A stretch of DNA of 64,000 bases from Centroscyllium fabricii (lineage: Eukaryota). The notes under the pieces are model-generated. The model was given only the letters and a program-made list of their open reading frames with translations. It was not told where the DNA came from and made no database searches. The stretch spans positions 143,530,001-143,594,000 of the forward strand of contig JBNRSN020000012.1 of assembly GCA_051313645.2 (NCBI GenBank), in the 5' to 3' direction. Both the position numbers and the translations under genes were made by a program. Below are positions 63,301-64,000 of this stretch, piece after piece; the stretch's first letter is position 1, and each line of letters opens with the position of its first letter.

Positions 63301-63950
63301 TCAACACCTCATTGAATTCGCAGTGTTCTGACAACCTTTTCGAAGCAGCAATAAACATAGTCACTGTTTCCCCTTCCTCTTGCTTCCGTTTGTGAAATCT
63401 AAATCACTCTGTAATAACCAGAGGTTTCGGTGAAAAATGTGCTTCAAGAATTTCCACGAGTTCTTTATATGTTTTAGTTCCTGGCTGTACAAGGCTGCGC
63501 AGTAAATAGTATGTCTTTGCTCCAATTGCACTCAAGAATGTAGGCACGATCTTACCATTTGCCATGCCATTTGCCAATACAAAATAGTCAAAACGTTCCG
63601 TATAAGCATTCCATTGCTCTAGCTCTGCATCAAAATCGCCGATGTTTCCGAATAAAGCAGCCATTTCGCATTGCAATTTTCGATTTCTGTTTACTTGCTG
63701 CATCCGTACATTAGTTTATGCTGCAATCTCCGGTCTGATTGTTTGTAGTTGAAAACTAGAAAATTCTGACTTGTTCTTTTTTTTTTTAACAGTCTGTATG
63801 TTCCACATGCAGAATAATCCCACTTCGCGCCACTTATTGTATCTAAGTCTTTCTACTTAATCACAAAGATAATTCAAACTACAGAGCTGTAAAAAAGCTG
63901 TCTAGTTTAATCAACAGTTAAAAGAGAAAGTGAAAGTAAAAAGTAAAAGA
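60326..63950 (-). mobile_element. Decayed Ty3/Gypsy LTR retrotransposon internal region (gag-PR-RT-RH-IN)
   Basis: gag start MAALFGNIGDFD (ORF 63404-63703), two CCHC-type knuckles, protease VDTG, RT LPFG/QCYLDG, RNase H CDASPYG, integrase RVHVDFAGP..SDNG..NGLAER; multiple frameshifts. Confidence 0.95.
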
Positions 63951-64000
63951 ACGTCATGGCTGTGCAGTGCTGTAGCAGCGCCACCACAGGTGGGAGGATA

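Noticed and set aside
63960-64000. CTCF-like motif CAGCGCCACCACAGG
   Set aside because: Partial match at the window edge with no supporting context

Overview
Repeat-rich vertebrate genomic DNA, almost certainly from an elasmobranch (shark/ray): it carries HE1/V-SINEs, HER1-like CR1 LINEs, Deu-type SINEs and shark-type Penelope ends. No host protein-coding exon is confidently recognisable; the window looks intronic or intergenic. Several minus-strand splice architectures hint at a long-intron host gene on the - strand. All recognisable coding sequence is transposon-derived: two Rex1/Babar LINE 3' fragments, two long CR1 fragments (one with an uninterrupted 511-aa RT ORF), an RTE fragment with a TSD, Penelope GIY-YIG remnants, a decayed Ty3/Gypsy gag-pol, and PIF/Harbinger-type TIR elements (one with a Myb/SANT gene split by a CR1). 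Best leads: (1) a 5S-rRNA-promoter SINE with a replaced hairpin head and a Rex1-type 3' tail (1363-1657, -); (2) HE1 SINEs with two alternative tails, each matching a different CR1 in the window; (3) a candidate recursive splice site with a 114-nt AG-free zone (7780/7781, -); (4) two CpG-rich motif-array MITEs; (5) a Penelope-associated minimal hammerhead ribozyme. Family names come from recalled consensus features, not database searches, and many boundaries are approximate.
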